Notes under the pieces: model-generated
The model's input: the letters and a program-made list of their open reading frames with translations, nothing else
What the model was told of the DNA's origin: nothing
Database searches by the model: none
Shown here: in pieces, positions 9,051-19,814 of the stretch
Position numbering within the stretch: position 1 is the first letter of the stretch
Layout of the letters: every line of letters begins with the position of its first letter
DNA from: Chloroflexota bacterium
Lineage (GTDB): Bacteria; Chloroflexota; Anaerolineae; UBA7937; B3-Chlor
DNA: 64,000 nucleotides
Direction: 5' to 3'
Assembly: GCA_030603665.1 (NCBI GenBank)
Contig: JAUVXJ010000001.1
Location: 214,480-278,479, forward strand
Translations under genes and position numbers: made by a program

Positions 9051-9635
9051 ATGACTAACGCTCAGCTCTCCGGTAAGCTGCGAGCCTTCGTGGTCGTACT
9101 GGACAGGCTAATAGCCGGGTTGTCACGCCACTGGCTTCTGCTGTTCAACCTTGTCTTCGGTCTGTACGCGGGCCTTCCACTCTTGGCTCCTGTGCTCATG
9201 TCCTGGGGTCGGACGAGGCTGGCCAATGTAATCTACTTCGTGTACCAATTCCAGTGCCATCAAATGCCTTCACGTTCCTACTTCATTGGACGCTTCCAGG
9301 TGGGCGTATGCCAGCGTGACCTCGCTATCTACGGGGGGGCTTGTCTCGCCGGGATCGCCTTCTCCCTCGTCAGGAACCGAGTCAGATCGCTGCCCATTCC
9401 AGTCTGGCTGGTGCTCGTTGCACCACTTGCTCTCGATGGCGCGACCCAACTCCTCGGTCTCCGGACGAGCACGTGGCAATTGCGGACGATCAGCGGTTTC
9501 CTGGCCAGCGGGGCGACGGTCTGGTTTGCTTACCCGTATCTCGATCGCGCCTTCGGAGAAGCCCGAAAATCGGCAGAATCTCAGTTGCGAAAGGTGGAGA
9601 CCAGGAACGGAGAATGTACTGGCGGAGTTCGCTAG
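9051..9635 (+). CDS. DUF2085-like polytopic membrane protein
   Basis: It has four or five hydrophobic helices and a Cys pair (FQCHQMP...VGVCQRD), resembling the DUF2085 family. Confidence 0.5.
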   Translation: MTNAQLSGKLRAFVVVLDRLIAGLSRHWLLLFNLVFGLYAGLPLLAPVLMSWGRTRLANVIYFVYQFQCHQMPSRSYFIGRFQVGVCQRDLAIYGGACLAGIAFSLVRNRVRSLPIPVWLVLVAPLALDGATQLLGLRTSTWQLRTISGFLASGATVWFAYPYLDRAFGEARKSAESQLRKVETRNGECTGGVR

Positions 9636-10459
9636 CGACGCCGATTCTGCCCGCCGCCCTCAGTCTGCTTCTCGCCCACGAACTGATAGCCTGACACGAG
9701 GTACTCGTGTCCCCTCTGACTGTGGATGTACTCGTCGACCTTCTCCCCGCTTACGTCCATGTCGAGCATCAGCTCGATCTCATGGCCTTCTATGGTTCGG
9801 GCCTCGGCGAACTCAACTCCGCCAAGCTCCTCACCGACTGTTTGTGGCTCATACTCGGGGTCCAACTCGACCCAACGCGCGCCGTCTTCCACACGCTCCA
9901 CGTAGAAGAGTTGGCTGCCACGCCAGCGAAGAATGCCAGAGAGAAACGGTGGGCTGGATCCCGGTGTTGGCTCCGCCCCTCCCCCCATGGCGTCCTCGTA
10001 CTCTGTGAACAACCTGGTCAGTTCGGCACCCCTGGGCTCGTCTCCATTGGCGAGACCAACCTCTGACTCCCCCGAGAGTCTGGTGTATCCATATTTCGGT
10101 GCGACAGCAGACAAGAACTGATCGCCGGCCTCGACCACGCGCCAGATGTTGACCATCTGAACTGTTGCCGTCGTGGCTCGAGAGGCTCGATTGATCGCGC
10201 GCTCCACGCGGATCACCGCGGATCGCCAGACCGGGACATCCTCATCGTACAAGTGTTCCCTCAGGCCTCCGACAAGCTCGAACCAATCCTTGGCCAGCTC
10301 TAGCGACTTCTCTCGCAGATCTGCCAGGGATCCAAGTTCGAGTTCGTGAGCCCGCAGGACGAGCCTCTCGCCGGCAAGTCTCAGCGAATGATGATACAGG
10401 TCCAGTCTTGTGAAGTACCTCACGACATCTCCAGAGCGCTTGGTCGTTTCTGTCACCAT
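9632..10459 (-). CDS. hypothetical protein (275 aa), co-directional and 6 nt downstream of the CCA-enzyme gene
   Basis: A long ORF with coding-like composition. I recognise no family. Confidence 0.5.
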   Translation of the reverse strand: MVTETTKRSGDVVRYFTRLDLYHHSLRLAGERLVLRAHELELGSLADLREKSLELAKDWFELVGGLREHLYDEDVPVWRSAVIRVERAINRASRATTATVQMVNIWRVVEAGDQFLSAVAPKYGYTRLSGESEVGLANGDEPRGAELTRLFTEYEDAMGGGAEPTPGSSPPFLSGILRWRGSQLFYVERVEDGARWVELDPEYEPQTVGEELGGVEFAEARTIEGHEIELMLDMDVSGEKVDEYIHSQRGHEYLVSGYQFVGEKQTEGGGQNRRR

Positions 10460-10464
10460 CGGAT

Positions 10465-13080
10465 CTAGGCACCCCTACCCTTTCCGCCTGTCTCGGCGAT
10501 TAGTCGCTGCACTTCGGCCTTCTCATCGTCGAGCGTGGCAACCCTGCCATCGAGCCTGGCATCTCGCAGCGCACCTAGTATCTCTGCGTACCGCGGCCCG
10601 GGAGGAAGACCCATCTTTCTTAGCTCATCCCCGTCAATGAGGGGTGTAACAGAGCTCAATTCCGTGTGATACAGTTCCAGCCGCTCCCTGACAAGGTCAT
10701 CCTCTGAGGACAGCCACCAAACGAAGATCACCGGGTCAGGGTGCGGTGACAGCAAGCGGTACAAGCTGCTCCTCGGCAGCCCTTGTTCCGCTAGCGGCGG
10801 CAGCAAGGAGTTCAGCAGCTGGGCATCCAGGAGGAAGCGCGTCTCATCCTTCGGTAGTCTCAGGCGCTCCGCCAGCGACTGGATGCCCTCCTGCCCAGCT
10901 CTGATGCCCACCAGCGCCAGATAGGTCATCGCCAGAGTCAGCCTGCGGGAATCGGGCATGGACTGTGACCCTGATGGCCGACTATACCAGTGCGTTGCCG
11001 CGGCGGCATACCCGCCCACGCGGTCCTCGAGCCAGGTATCCCATCTCAAGAGAGGTGATATCTGCTTGAGCACGCCCAGCTCGGCTAGTCGCCGCAAGGG
11101 ATTCGCGGGCTCGTCCTCCTGGAAGACGGCATCCAACTCCTGCCATATGCGCTCACCGCCAACTCTGTCCAGCCACTCCAGCGCGTCGGAGATCAAATCT
11201 TCGGTCATTTCCTCCAGTCTGAACCCAAGCCTCTGCTCCAGACGCACAGCTCGCAGCATGCGGATTGGGTCCTCTATGAAGCTCAGATTGTGGAGAACCC
11301 GAATCAGTCCCTGCCTCAGGTCTCGCTCCCCACCATAGAAGTCAAGCAGTCCGCCGAATGTGTCTTCGTCTAAACTTATTGCCATAGTATTTATGGTGAA
11401 GTCCCGGCGGTAGAGGTCTTGCTTGATCGAGCTACGTTCCACCTGAGGCAGCGCCGTCGAGTATTCATAGAACTCCCGTCGGGCGGTGGTGAAATCGATA
11501 GAGGGCACGGATTCATCCTTGTCATCAAAGATCAAGCTCGCTGTGCCAAACCGAGAGTGGCTGTGCACACGCCCCCCCGCAACTTCGGAGAGACCTCTGG
11601 CCAGGGCGATCGCATCACCCTCGACCACGATATCCAGATCCAAGTGGGCCTTCCCCAGGAGCAGATCCCGCACGAAGCCGCCAACCAGGTATAGCGAATA
11701 GCCCATCTCCCTCGCCAGCTGGCTGGCCTTGAGGACTCGATCCAAGAGCGACTCGGGCAGCCCCTCACGCACCCGCTCTGAGAGGTCGCTACCAGGGGAG
11801 GGGCCACGCGCATGGGCCCACAGCTCGATTAGGTCAGTCCGCGTGACGATGCCCACTATCTCACCGTTCTCCACCACCGCCACCTGACCCACGCCATGTT
11901 GTATCATCACGTCCTGCAGGCGCTCTACGGAGTCTGATGGCGCGACGACGATCTCGCCTTTTCTCATGTAGCTACCGATTGGAGCATCCTCTCTCTCATA
12001 TTGCAGAGCCTTGTCGATCTCGCGGCGCGTCAACATGCCGAGCACCTTGCCGCTCTCCGCCACCACTGGAAACCCTTCATGCCCGTACCGGCGCATCACT
12101 TCCGCTGCATCCCGCACCAGGGTATCTGGCGACAGGGTGTACGCGCCATGCGACATCAGGTCGGCCACCGTGGTCGAGGGCCGTACCTCCTGGGCCAGGA
12201 GCTGCAGCAGTCGTTGGCGGATGTGCTCCACCGCGCCATCCCGGATGAGCGCAGCAGCCGCTTTGCTGTGCCCCCCACCGCCAAAACCGCGCGCAATCTC
12301 CGCCACGTCGATAGCGTCTGAGTTGCTGCGAGCCACAAGCTGGACACTAGCCTCCAGACCGACGATCACGAAGAGTGCAGATGGCTCATAAAGATCTCTC
12401 AGCTTGTGAGCCAGGGTAGAGATCTCCTCCAGAAAGTTCGGCGCTCTGACTGCAGCGACAACTACGGTGTGTCCTGCAAACTCGTGAAACTCCACCGCCT
12501 CCACAAGGCTTCGATAGAGCTGCTGCTGGCCCTCGCTGAGGGGTCGGTGGAGGAACTCATTGACCACTTCCAGGTTGGCTCCTTGCTCCAGCAACCAAGC
12601 GGCGCAACGGGCATCCAGCGCTTTGGTGCCTGGGTAGCTGAGAGAACCCGTGTCCTCATATATGCCAAGCAATAGAAGAGTCGCTTCCACCGGGGATACG
12701 CTCAACTGTGACTGGCCAATCTGCTCCACCAAGAGGCTGGTGGTCGAGCCCACATCCTCCGAGTGGAAGCTCATCGTGGGCTCGAGCTCCCTCTCCAGAG
12801 GATGATGATCGATGATTCGTACCTCCGTGTCCGCAGTCAGACCCTTCAGTGAGGGGATGCTCTGTGTGTCAACCACAATCAAGAGCTTGATCCGTCCGCG
12901 CGGCATGTCCTCTCGGCGCACGAAGGGGAGTTCATCCCAGTACAGCGCTAGGAAATCCTGAAGGTTGCGGTTCAGTCGCTGGGGCAACACGGCGATAGCT
13001 TTGGGGTACAGTTTCACTGCACCCAGCATGGACGCCAGGCCGTCGAAATCCGTGTTCTCGTGGGAAGTTGCGATCTCCAT
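10465..13080 (-). CDS. cca: multidomain tRNA nucleotidyltransferase (CCA-adding / poly(A) polymerase head domain), with an N-terminal DHH-DHHA1 phosphoesterase and a CBS pair
   Basis: The DHH domain reads LKMEIATSHENTDFDGLASMLG...IIDHHP. The CBS pair includes VADLMSHGAYTLSPD. The Pol-beta NTase head reads LYLVGGFVRDLLLGKAHLDLDIVVEGD. The start was moved to the ATG at 13080 (MEIATSH), where the homology begins. Confidence 0.8.
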   Translation of the reverse strand: MEIATSHENTDFDGLASMLGAVKLYPKAIAVLPQRLNRNLQDFLALYWDELPFVRREDMPRGRIKLLIVVDTQSIPSLKGLTADTEVRIIDHHPLERELEPTMSFHSEDVGSTTSLLVEQIGQSQLSVSPVEATLLLLGIYEDTGSLSYPGTKALDARCAAWLLEQGANLEVVNEFLHRPLSEGQQQLYRSLVEAVEFHEFAGHTVVVAAVRAPNFLEEISTLAHKLRDLYEPSALFVIVGLEASVQLVARSNSDAIDVAEIARGFGGGGHSKAAAALIRDGAVEHIRQRLLQLLAQEVRPSTTVADLMSHGAYTLSPDTLVRDAAEVMRRYGHEGFPVVAESGKVLGMLTRREIDKALQYEREDAPIGSYMRKGEIVVAPSDSVERLQDVMIQHGVGQVAVVENGEIVGIVTRTDLIELWAHARGPSPGSDLSERVREGLPESLLDRVLKASQLAREMGYSLYLVGGFVRDLLLGKAHLDLDIVVEGDAIALARGLSEVAGGRVHSHSRFGTASLIFDDKDESVPSIDFTTARREFYEYSTALPQVERSSIKQDLYRRDFTINTMAISLDEDTFGGLLDFYGGERDLRQGLIRVLHNLSFIEDPIRMLRAVRLEQRLGFRLEEMTEDLISDALEWLDRVGGERIWQELDAVFQEDEPANPLRRLAELGVLKQISPLLRWDTWLEDRVGGYAAAATHWYSRPSGSQSMPDSRRLTLAMTYLALVGIRAGQEGIQSLAERLRLPKDETRFLLDAQLLNSLLPPLAEQGLPRSSLYRLLSPHPDPVIFVWWLSSEDDLVRERLELYHTELSSVTPLIDGDELRKMGLPPGPRYAEILGALRDARLDGRVATLDDEKAEVQRLIAETGGKGRGA

Positions 13081-13168
13081 CTTCAGCCCTCTGGTGAGAA
13101 TTCTATCACGGCGCGTCCCCTTTTGACAATCGGCTGGCGCTGGCCTATAATCCCCGGTCAATACGCAC

Positions 13169-14959
13169 TTGAGGTGTGCCCTTTTTGTCGGAGCGAGATT
13201 TGTGATTTCGAAGATCCAAACCAACGCCAGACTCTGGCTTCTGGTCGTGTGTCTCGTCGTAACCGGTGCTTTGCTGGCCAACATGCTCGTGCCCCTCGCC
13301 TTCTCAGCGAGAACTGCTGCGTCGGGCTACCACACAGCTCATCTCATTCCCAACACCGATGTCAACCCCTATGGAGCAAACCTCTTCCTGGACCGTGAGG
13401 TGGAGGAATGGAAGCTCAGAAAGACCCTCCAGATGGCAAGTGAAGCAGGTCTGGGCTGGGTCAAACAGCAGTTCCCCTGGGAGGAGATAGAGCTGGTTCA
13501 GAAGGGGGTGTTCTTTGACGAGCGGATCAGGCGTAGCAGTTGGGACAAGTATGACCGCATAGTGGACCTGTGCGAGGAATACGGTCTTGAGATCATTGCT
13601 CGTCTCGACAGACCTCCCGACTGGACCAGAGAGGACAACACCTACAAGGAACGCCCTCCAGACAACTTCGAGGACTACGGCGATTTCGTCTTCGAGTTCG
13701 TGACTCGCTACCGCGGGCGAATCCGCTATATTCAGATCTGGAATGAACCCAACATCTTTCCTGAGTGGGGCAACAGACCAGTGGACCCGGCGGGGTACGC
13801 TGAGCTCTTACGGGTAGCATATCAGCGTGCGAACGAAGCAGATCCCAACGTATATGTGTTGAGCGCTCCGCTGGCCATCACTCTCGGGCAAGTGCACCCA
13901 GAGCCAGACAAGTGGATCAGCATGAATGAGATCGACTTTCTAGATGAGGTGTATGAGGCAGGCGCCAAGGACCACTTCGACATCCTGTCGGCGAACGCCT
14001 TCGGGCTGGGCAGCCCGCCTGACGATCCACCTGAGCCACGAACCCTCAACTTCCAGCGGGCTCTCCTCCTGCGAGAGGTCATGGAGCGATACGGAGACGG
14101 TGACAAACCAATATGGTTCAATGAGTACGGTTGGAACGCGTCGCCTGAGGATTTTCCCGAGGAAGAGCTTTTGTGGCAACGGGTAAGTGAAGAGGAGCAG
14201 GCGGATTTCACCGTCCGGGGCATCCAGCACGCGCAGGAAGACTGGCCTTGGTCAGGAGTGTTCAACATCTGGTATTTCCGGCAGGTTGGCAATATCTCTC
14301 CAGACAGTTCCGACTACTACTTCCGAATGGTGGATATTGACTTCACTCCTCGCCTCGTGTACTACGCGATCAAGGAAGCAGCACAGACATCACTGGACCC
14401 TGTTGGACCCGGCTACTACCAGGAGACGAATCCGGCTGTGAGCCTTGAGGGAGAGTGGCACCCTGTGATAGAGCCTCAAGCTAGCGCTCAGGCACAGGTG
14501 GTCACTGAGGCTACCGGTTCTACGGTGACGCTGCCCTTTGTGGGGGAGAACGTGGACTTGATCGCCTCGCTTGGGCCCGAGGGGGGGCGTCTCGCCGTAT
14601 CCCTGGATGGGCATACTGTCGACGGCCTGCCAAGGAATGCAGAGGGCCACTCCTATGTTGACCTATTCAGCCCGGTGCGCCGGTGGCAGCAACGAATCCC
14701 ACTGATCTATCAAGCCGATGATGCCGAGCATACCCTCATCTTGGCGGTGCTCGAACGTGCAAGCCTGGCGTCGGAAGGCAACCAGATCGCTATCGACGCT
14801 TTCGAGATCACGCGAGGAGAGCGAGCTTCCCCACCTTATGGCATGGTCGCTCTGCTGAGCCTGGTAATGGTAGTTGTGGGAGGCCTCACGGTCCGGGAGT
14901 GGAGACTACTGCGGCGAGGCGACGCTGTGGTGACCACCGGGGACCGGGCGTCAGCTTGA
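13169..14959 (+). CDS. membrane-anchored TIM-barrel glycoside hydrolase (GH5-like, NEP motif) with an N-terminal signal anchor and a C-terminal TM plus basic tail
   Basis: It reads RIVDLCEEYGLEIIARLDRPPDW...RYIQIWNEPNIFPEWG. The C-terminus is PPYGMVALLSLVMVVVGGLTVREWRLLRRGD. Confidence 0.65.
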   Translation: MRCALFVGARFVISKIQTNARLWLLVVCLVVTGALLANMLVPLAFSARTAASGYHTAHLIPNTDVNPYGANLFLDREVEEWKLRKTLQMASEAGLGWVKQQFPWEEIELVQKGVFFDERIRRSSWDKYDRIVDLCEEYGLEIIARLDRPPDWTREDNTYKERPPDNFEDYGDFVFEFVTRYRGRIRYIQIWNEPNIFPEWGNRPVDPAGYAELLRVAYQRANEADPNVYVLSAPLAITLGQVHPEPDKWISMNEIDFLDEVYEAGAKDHFDILSANAFGLGSPPDDPPEPRTLNFQRALLLREVMERYGDGDKPIWFNEYGWNASPEDFPEEELLWQRVSEEEQADFTVRGIQHAQEDWPWSGVFNIWYFRQVGNISPDSSDYYFRMVDIDFTPRLVYYAIKEAAQTSLDPVGPGYYQETNPAVSLEGEWHPVIEPQASAQAQVVTEATGSTVTLPFVGENVDLIASLGPEGGRLAVSLDGHTVDGLPRNAEGHSYVDLFSPVRRWQQRIPLIYQADDAEHTLILAVLERASLASEGNQIAIDAFEITRGERASPPYGMVALLSLVMVVVGGLTVREWRLLRRGDAVVTTGDRASA

Positions 14960-15062
14960 TGAGGTGAAGCCCCATTCGACGCCGTCATCGGGCGATCTCC
15001 CTGACGAACCTCGCTAGCCTGTCCCGAGGCACTTCTGAGCACAATGCCACACTGCACATGAG

Positions 15063-16478
15063 ATGAAGATCAGCGTTCTCTCTCGAATCCTCCTCATCGC
15101 TGGCGTCCTCGTCGTGTTGTCGGCGACCGCAAGGACGAACGTCATGCCTCTCCTGATGCTCAGGCAGGCGCAGCAGTGCCGGGCGGACAAGGAACACAGC
15201 CAGGCTATCGACCTGTACGCTGATCTGATTGCATTGAGGCCTGAGTGGGCCGACCCTCACATTGCCCTGGGCGAAATCTACGTGGCACAGGGCAGATGGG
15301 ACGAAGCAGAAAACGAGTTCCGGATGGCGAGGAACCTCGATGGGCAGGCCGTCCGTGCGCTAAGCGGGTTGGCAGACGTAGCCTACCATCAAGGCGATGC
15401 GCAGAGCGCCATCCAACTCTGGCATCGCACGGTGGCTCTGGGGCGCGGTCACACCGAGGCCCACTACAAGCTGGCAGAGGCCTACCTGGCTTCGTCCGAC
15501 GTTGCGACAGCAGAACAGGAACTGCAACGGCTTGTCTTGCATGAAAGCGACCACCAGGGTGCTCACTACCTTCTGGGTCTTATCCTGGCTCCTGAACAGC
15601 GTTCCCTTGCGGCCGAGCACCTTGGCCTAGCGGCGGGCGGTGCCGAGCCAACGATGGCCAACAGGGCACAAGAAATGCTGGACATCCTGACCGAGATGGA
15701 CCCTGGACAAGATGGCACCAATCAATCGGCCCGCCTTGCAGACGCGTACCTGCGATACGAGGTGCCTGGTTTGGCACTTGAGCAACTGGACCAATTGCTC
15801 CGGCTGCAGCCCGACAATCACACCGCCCGCGCCTACGCAGGATACGCCCTGTGGTCCTTGGGCCGGCACGACTTGGCCCGTCAAGTTCTGCGCGAGGTCA
15901 CGCTTCAAGAACCGAAGAACCCGCTAGGTTACTACTTCCTTGCGCTGCTCCATCGCTCCGAGGGCTATGTCCCCACGGCGCTCTGGGAGTTCAAGAGAGC
16001 TTTGAGCCTTGACCCATACAATGCGGCAGCATACGCGGAGATTGCGGCCACATATCAGGGGCTTGGGCAGTACATAGCAGCCGAAGAGTGGTATCGAGGG
16101 GCCGTCGACGTTGCCCCCCAAGAGGCAGAGTTTCGATTCCTCATGGCTCGGTTCTATGTGGAGATAGTCCCCAAGGCGGACGAAGGGCTCGCTGCTGCGA
16201 AGGAGACTGCCGCCCTGATCCCTGAGGATGCGGTGGTCCAAGATCTACTCGGCTGGGCCCACTATCTCGCCGGTGACCCACTCGATGCGAAGATCGCTCT
16301 GGAGCGAGCCTTGGACCTTGACCCCACGTTGGCGCGGGCCTACTACCATCTGGGGGTGGTATGTATGCGGCTTGGTGACCAGGAGACTTCAAGCTGGGCG
16401 TATTGGCGGGCCGTCGACCTGGATGCAGAGGGTACTTATCGCGCAAGGGCACTCCAGGCCCTGAGCTCGGCTGGTTGA
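15063..16478 (+). CDS. TPR-repeat protein with an N-terminal signal anchor
   Basis: Multiple 34-aa TPR-like repeats (AxxxYxxLGxxYxxxGxxxEA) run throughout the protein. The N-terminus is hydrophobic. Confidence 0.75.
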   Translation: MKISVLSRILLIAGVLVVLSATARTNVMPLLMLRQAQQCRADKEHSQAIDLYADLIALRPEWADPHIALGEIYVAQGRWDEAENEFRMARNLDGQAVRALSGLADVAYHQGDAQSAIQLWHRTVALGRGHTEAHYKLAEAYLASSDVATAEQELQRLVLHESDHQGAHYLLGLILAPEQRSLAAEHLGLAAGGAEPTMANRAQEMLDILTEMDPGQDGTNQSARLADAYLRYEVPGLALEQLDQLLRLQPDNHTARAYAGYALWSLGRHDLARQVLREVTLQEPKNPLGYYFLALLHRSEGYVPTALWEFKRALSLDPYNAAAYAEIAATYQGLGQYIAAEEWYRGAVDVAPQEAEFRFLMARFYVEIVPKADEGLAAAKETAALIPEDAVVQDLLGWAHYLAGDPLDAKIALERALDLDPTLARAYYHLGVVCMRLGDQETSSWAYWRAVDLDAEGTYRARALQALSSAG

Positions 16479-16616
16479 GCCTAAGCAGCGCGCCCAAGAA
16501 GATAGACATTCATCTACTGGTAGATCGGGGGCGTGACACTCGCACTTCAGTGCAGGGGCAGGACCGTACCCCGTCTGAACTGTCGATAGGCCAAGCACTG
16601 ACTGGAGGTGGAACGC

Positions 16617-17367
<751 letters not shown>

Positions 17368-17702
17368 GCGCCATGATTCTGCCGCACTCTACAGGTCGAC
17401 CGAAAGCGGCTGCAATACTGCGTAGGCAGACAAACAACGATCGGACGTAAGAGGGCCGCCAGTGATGAGTCAGAGACCAAGCTTCTCCGCATTCCTGAGC
17501 AATCTTCAAGCACCCCTGCCATGGCATCGCAAGATAGCTCTGCTGGTGCGGAACAACTGGACCAAGATCCGCACTGGTAGCTCCTGTTGCGGGCATCCTG
17601 GTGAGCCAGGCTGTTGACAGGTGCCTCCCGAGAGACTGGGCCAGTCTCCCGAATCGCGAAGTAATGAGTCTCCAGCGCAGCGCTTGAGCGAGTGAGGTAG
17701 GT

Positions 17703-18494
17703 ATGTCATCAGAGACTCTCAAAGTGGCCACCTACAACTGCAATTCAATCCGAGCCCGTCTGAACCTGGTGCTGGACTGGCTTGAGCGAGAGAGGCCCGA
17801 TGCTTTGTGCCTACAAGAGACCAAGACCGAGGACTCTGAGTTTCCTTCCGATGTCTTCCAAGATCTGGGCTACTACGTCACCTTTCGTGGACAAAAGCCC
17901 CACGCTGGCGTGGCGGTTCTCAGCATTGAGAAGCCCGAGGAAGTCTCCTTCGGGCTGGACGATGGGGAAGCCCCCGACGAACCCAGGCTGGTTCGAACCG
18001 AGCTAGCGGGGATCGCTCTGATCAATACCTACGTTCCCCAGGGACGCTCTGTAGACTCTCCTCACTTCCAGTACAAGCTCCAGTGGCTGCATCGCATACG
18101 AGCGTACTTTGAGCGGCATTACACTCCGGGAGATCTCCTGGTGTGGGCAGGCGACTTCAACGTCGCCCCGGAACCGGCGGATGTATACGACCCTGAGCGT
18201 TTGGCAAAGCATGTGGATTTCCACCCGGACGGGCGGCAGGCGCTGGAGGAGGTAAGAGCATGGGGGTTGGTGGATGTGTTCAGAATGCATCATCCGGACG
18301 AGCCAGAGCAGTACACCTTCTGGGACTACAGAGTCCCTAGCGCACTCGAGAGGGGCATGGGGTGGCGACTGGACCACATCTGGGCCACCAAGCCCCTGGC
18401 CGAGAGATCGACCCGCGCGTGGATCGACGTCGATGCACGCAGGGCACAAAAGCCTTCTGACCACACGTTCCTGGTCGTCGAATTCGCCCTTTGA
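17703..18494 (+). CDS. xthA: exodeoxyribonuclease III (AP endonuclease, EEP fold)
   Basis: It reads LKVATYNCNSIRARL...LCLQETK...GDFNVAPE...SDHTFLVVEF. A gaggtagg Shine-Dalgarno sequence precedes the ATG. Confidence 0.9.
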   Translation: MSSETLKVATYNCNSIRARLNLVLDWLERERPDALCLQETKTEDSEFPSDVFQDLGYYVTFRGQKPHAGVAVLSIEKPEEVSFGLDDGEAPDEPRLVRTELAGIALINTYVPQGRSVDSPHFQYKLQWLHRIRAYFERHYTPGDLLVWAGDFNVAPEPADVYDPERLAKHVDFHPDGRQALEEVRAWGLVDVFRMHHPDEPEQYTFWDYRVPSALERGMGWRLDHIWATKPLAERSTRAWIDVDARRAQKPSDHTFLVVEFAL

Positions 18495-18994
18495 GTCCCC
18501 TAGGGCCGAGGCGCGCCCAGACTGTAGCAAGTCCGACACGCCCTTTCGCATGCTTCGACAGGCGTTGCATCTACTCCAACGGGCAATCTGAGGTTCTCAT
18601 CGGAAAGCTAGGGAAGCAGCGGCCTCAAGGGCCGGGGATGGGCGCCCAGTTTGGGATCGAACCAGGGACAGCGCCCTCGGTCCTGACCGAGGGGGTGGCC
18701 ACCATCGCCGTGAACGTATTCGGTCTGGGGGAACTGGCGCACATCGATAAGAAGGCGTTGCGCTACACTCTCGGGCTGCCGGTGAGTAGCACCATCGTGG
18801 GCTGCGCCACCCTGGACCAAATCAGGAGAGACCTGCAAATCGCCAACCATTTCGTGGCTCTCAGTGGCGTGGAGCGCGTTGAACTGTTCCGCGAGGTACT
18901 GCCGCTGGTCAAGCCAGAGAACCTTCCATGGAAGCCAGATGATTGGGACGACCCCAAAGCTTGGCATCTGCGCACGGAGCCCGCACCGATCTAG
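18491..18994 (+). pseudogene. aldo/keto reductase C-terminal fragment (gene remnant)
   Basis: Only the last roughly 100 residues resemble an AKR C-terminus (ALRYTLGLPVSSTIVGCATLDQIRRDLQIANHFVALSGVERVELF). The first roughly 50 codons of the ORF overlap the xth end and have no homology. No N-terminal TIM-barrel part is found upstream. Confidence 0.45.
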
Positions 18995-19677
18995 ACTCCC
19001 GTAGTAGAGACCGGCGGGGAACTCTGCTCCTCCCAGGGCTGTGTGAACTTGAAGCCATGTCCCCTGACGGTCACAACGTAGCGGTGGTCGGCATCGATGG
19101 CCGCGATCCGGCGGCGCAGGCGTCCCACCAGCGCGTCTATGGTCTCATCTGACACGCCGTGACCCTCGTCCTCGGGCCACACGGCAGCGACTATCTCGTC
19201 GCGACTGTACACGCGGCCTGGGTGCTCCCGAAGCAGGGTCAGCAACCTGAACTGTGCTTTGGACACCGGCGGAGCGAGTTTCATTCCATGCACCCAGACC
19301 TCTCGCCTCTCCCGATCCACCCACAATCCTGTGGCCCGTACCAGGGCATCCGTGACCAGCGCTCCCGTCGCCTCGGGGTCAACGTACAGCGCCCTGAACT
19401 CTAGACCTATCTGTATCTCATCGCCGTCCCGCAGGGCGTGCGATTCCGAGATGCGCTCTCCATTGACAAAGGTGCCGTTTCGGCTTCCACAGTCGCGGAT
19501 TTCATACTGGCCGTGCTCCATTTGGAGCCGAGCGTGACGCCTCGACGCCAGGCGATCATCTACTACTATGTCACTGCCCGCCAGGCGGCCGATGGTGAGC
19601 GACTCCTCAGTCAGCGGTATCTCTCTGCCCTTCTGAGGCCCACCTAGCACATGAATCCGCGGTGCCCTCTCATCCAT
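18991..19677 (-). CDS. FHA-domain transcriptional regulator with a C-terminal OmpR/PhoB-type winged-helix DNA-binding domain
   Basis: The N-terminal FHA domain reads LTIGRLAGSDIVVDDRLASRRHARLQMEHGQYEIRDCGSRNGTFVNGERI. The C-terminal trans_reg_C domain reads SKAQFRLLTLLREHPGRVYSRDEIVAAVW...YVVTVRGHGFKF. Confidence 0.75.
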   Translation of the reverse strand: MDERAPRIHVLGGPQKGREIPLTEESLTIGRLAGSDIVVDDRLASRRHARLQMEHGQYEIRDCGSRNGTFVNGERISESHALRDGDEIQIGLEFRALYVDPEATGALVTDALVRATGLWVDRERREVWVHGMKLAPPVSKAQFRLLTLLREHPGRVYSRDEIVAAVWPEDEGHGVSDETIDALVGRLRRRIAAIDADHRYVVTVRGHGFKFTQPWEEQSSPPVSTTGV

Positions 19678-19814
19678 GACTCGCCTCCCATCTTCTTCTT
19701 GACAGCACTCCGCTAACGGACTACCATAGAGTGAGGGGCCCAGGGTAGGATAGCAGTAGCAGCCACTCTATTCTCCCATCTTCGCTTGTCAGATCCGAAA
19801 GGTGGAAAAAGACC

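Noticed and set aside
8588-9052. A 154-aa minus-strand ORF overlapping the 3' end of hdrA.
   Set aside because: It is antisense to conserved ferredoxin motifs of hdrA and has no homology.
17600-17660. A near-palindrome gagactgg-g-ccagtctc flanked by ctcccga repeats, upstream of xthA.
   Set aside because: It is short and there is no T-tract. It is unlikely to be a terminator, and although it could be an operator this is unsupported, so it is left uncalled.
17985-18005. A GGTTCGAACC T-loop-like motif, with a similar one at 55193-55203.
   Set aside because: The first lies inside xthA coding sequence. Neither is flanked by sequence able to form acceptor or anticodon arms. No tRNA is called.
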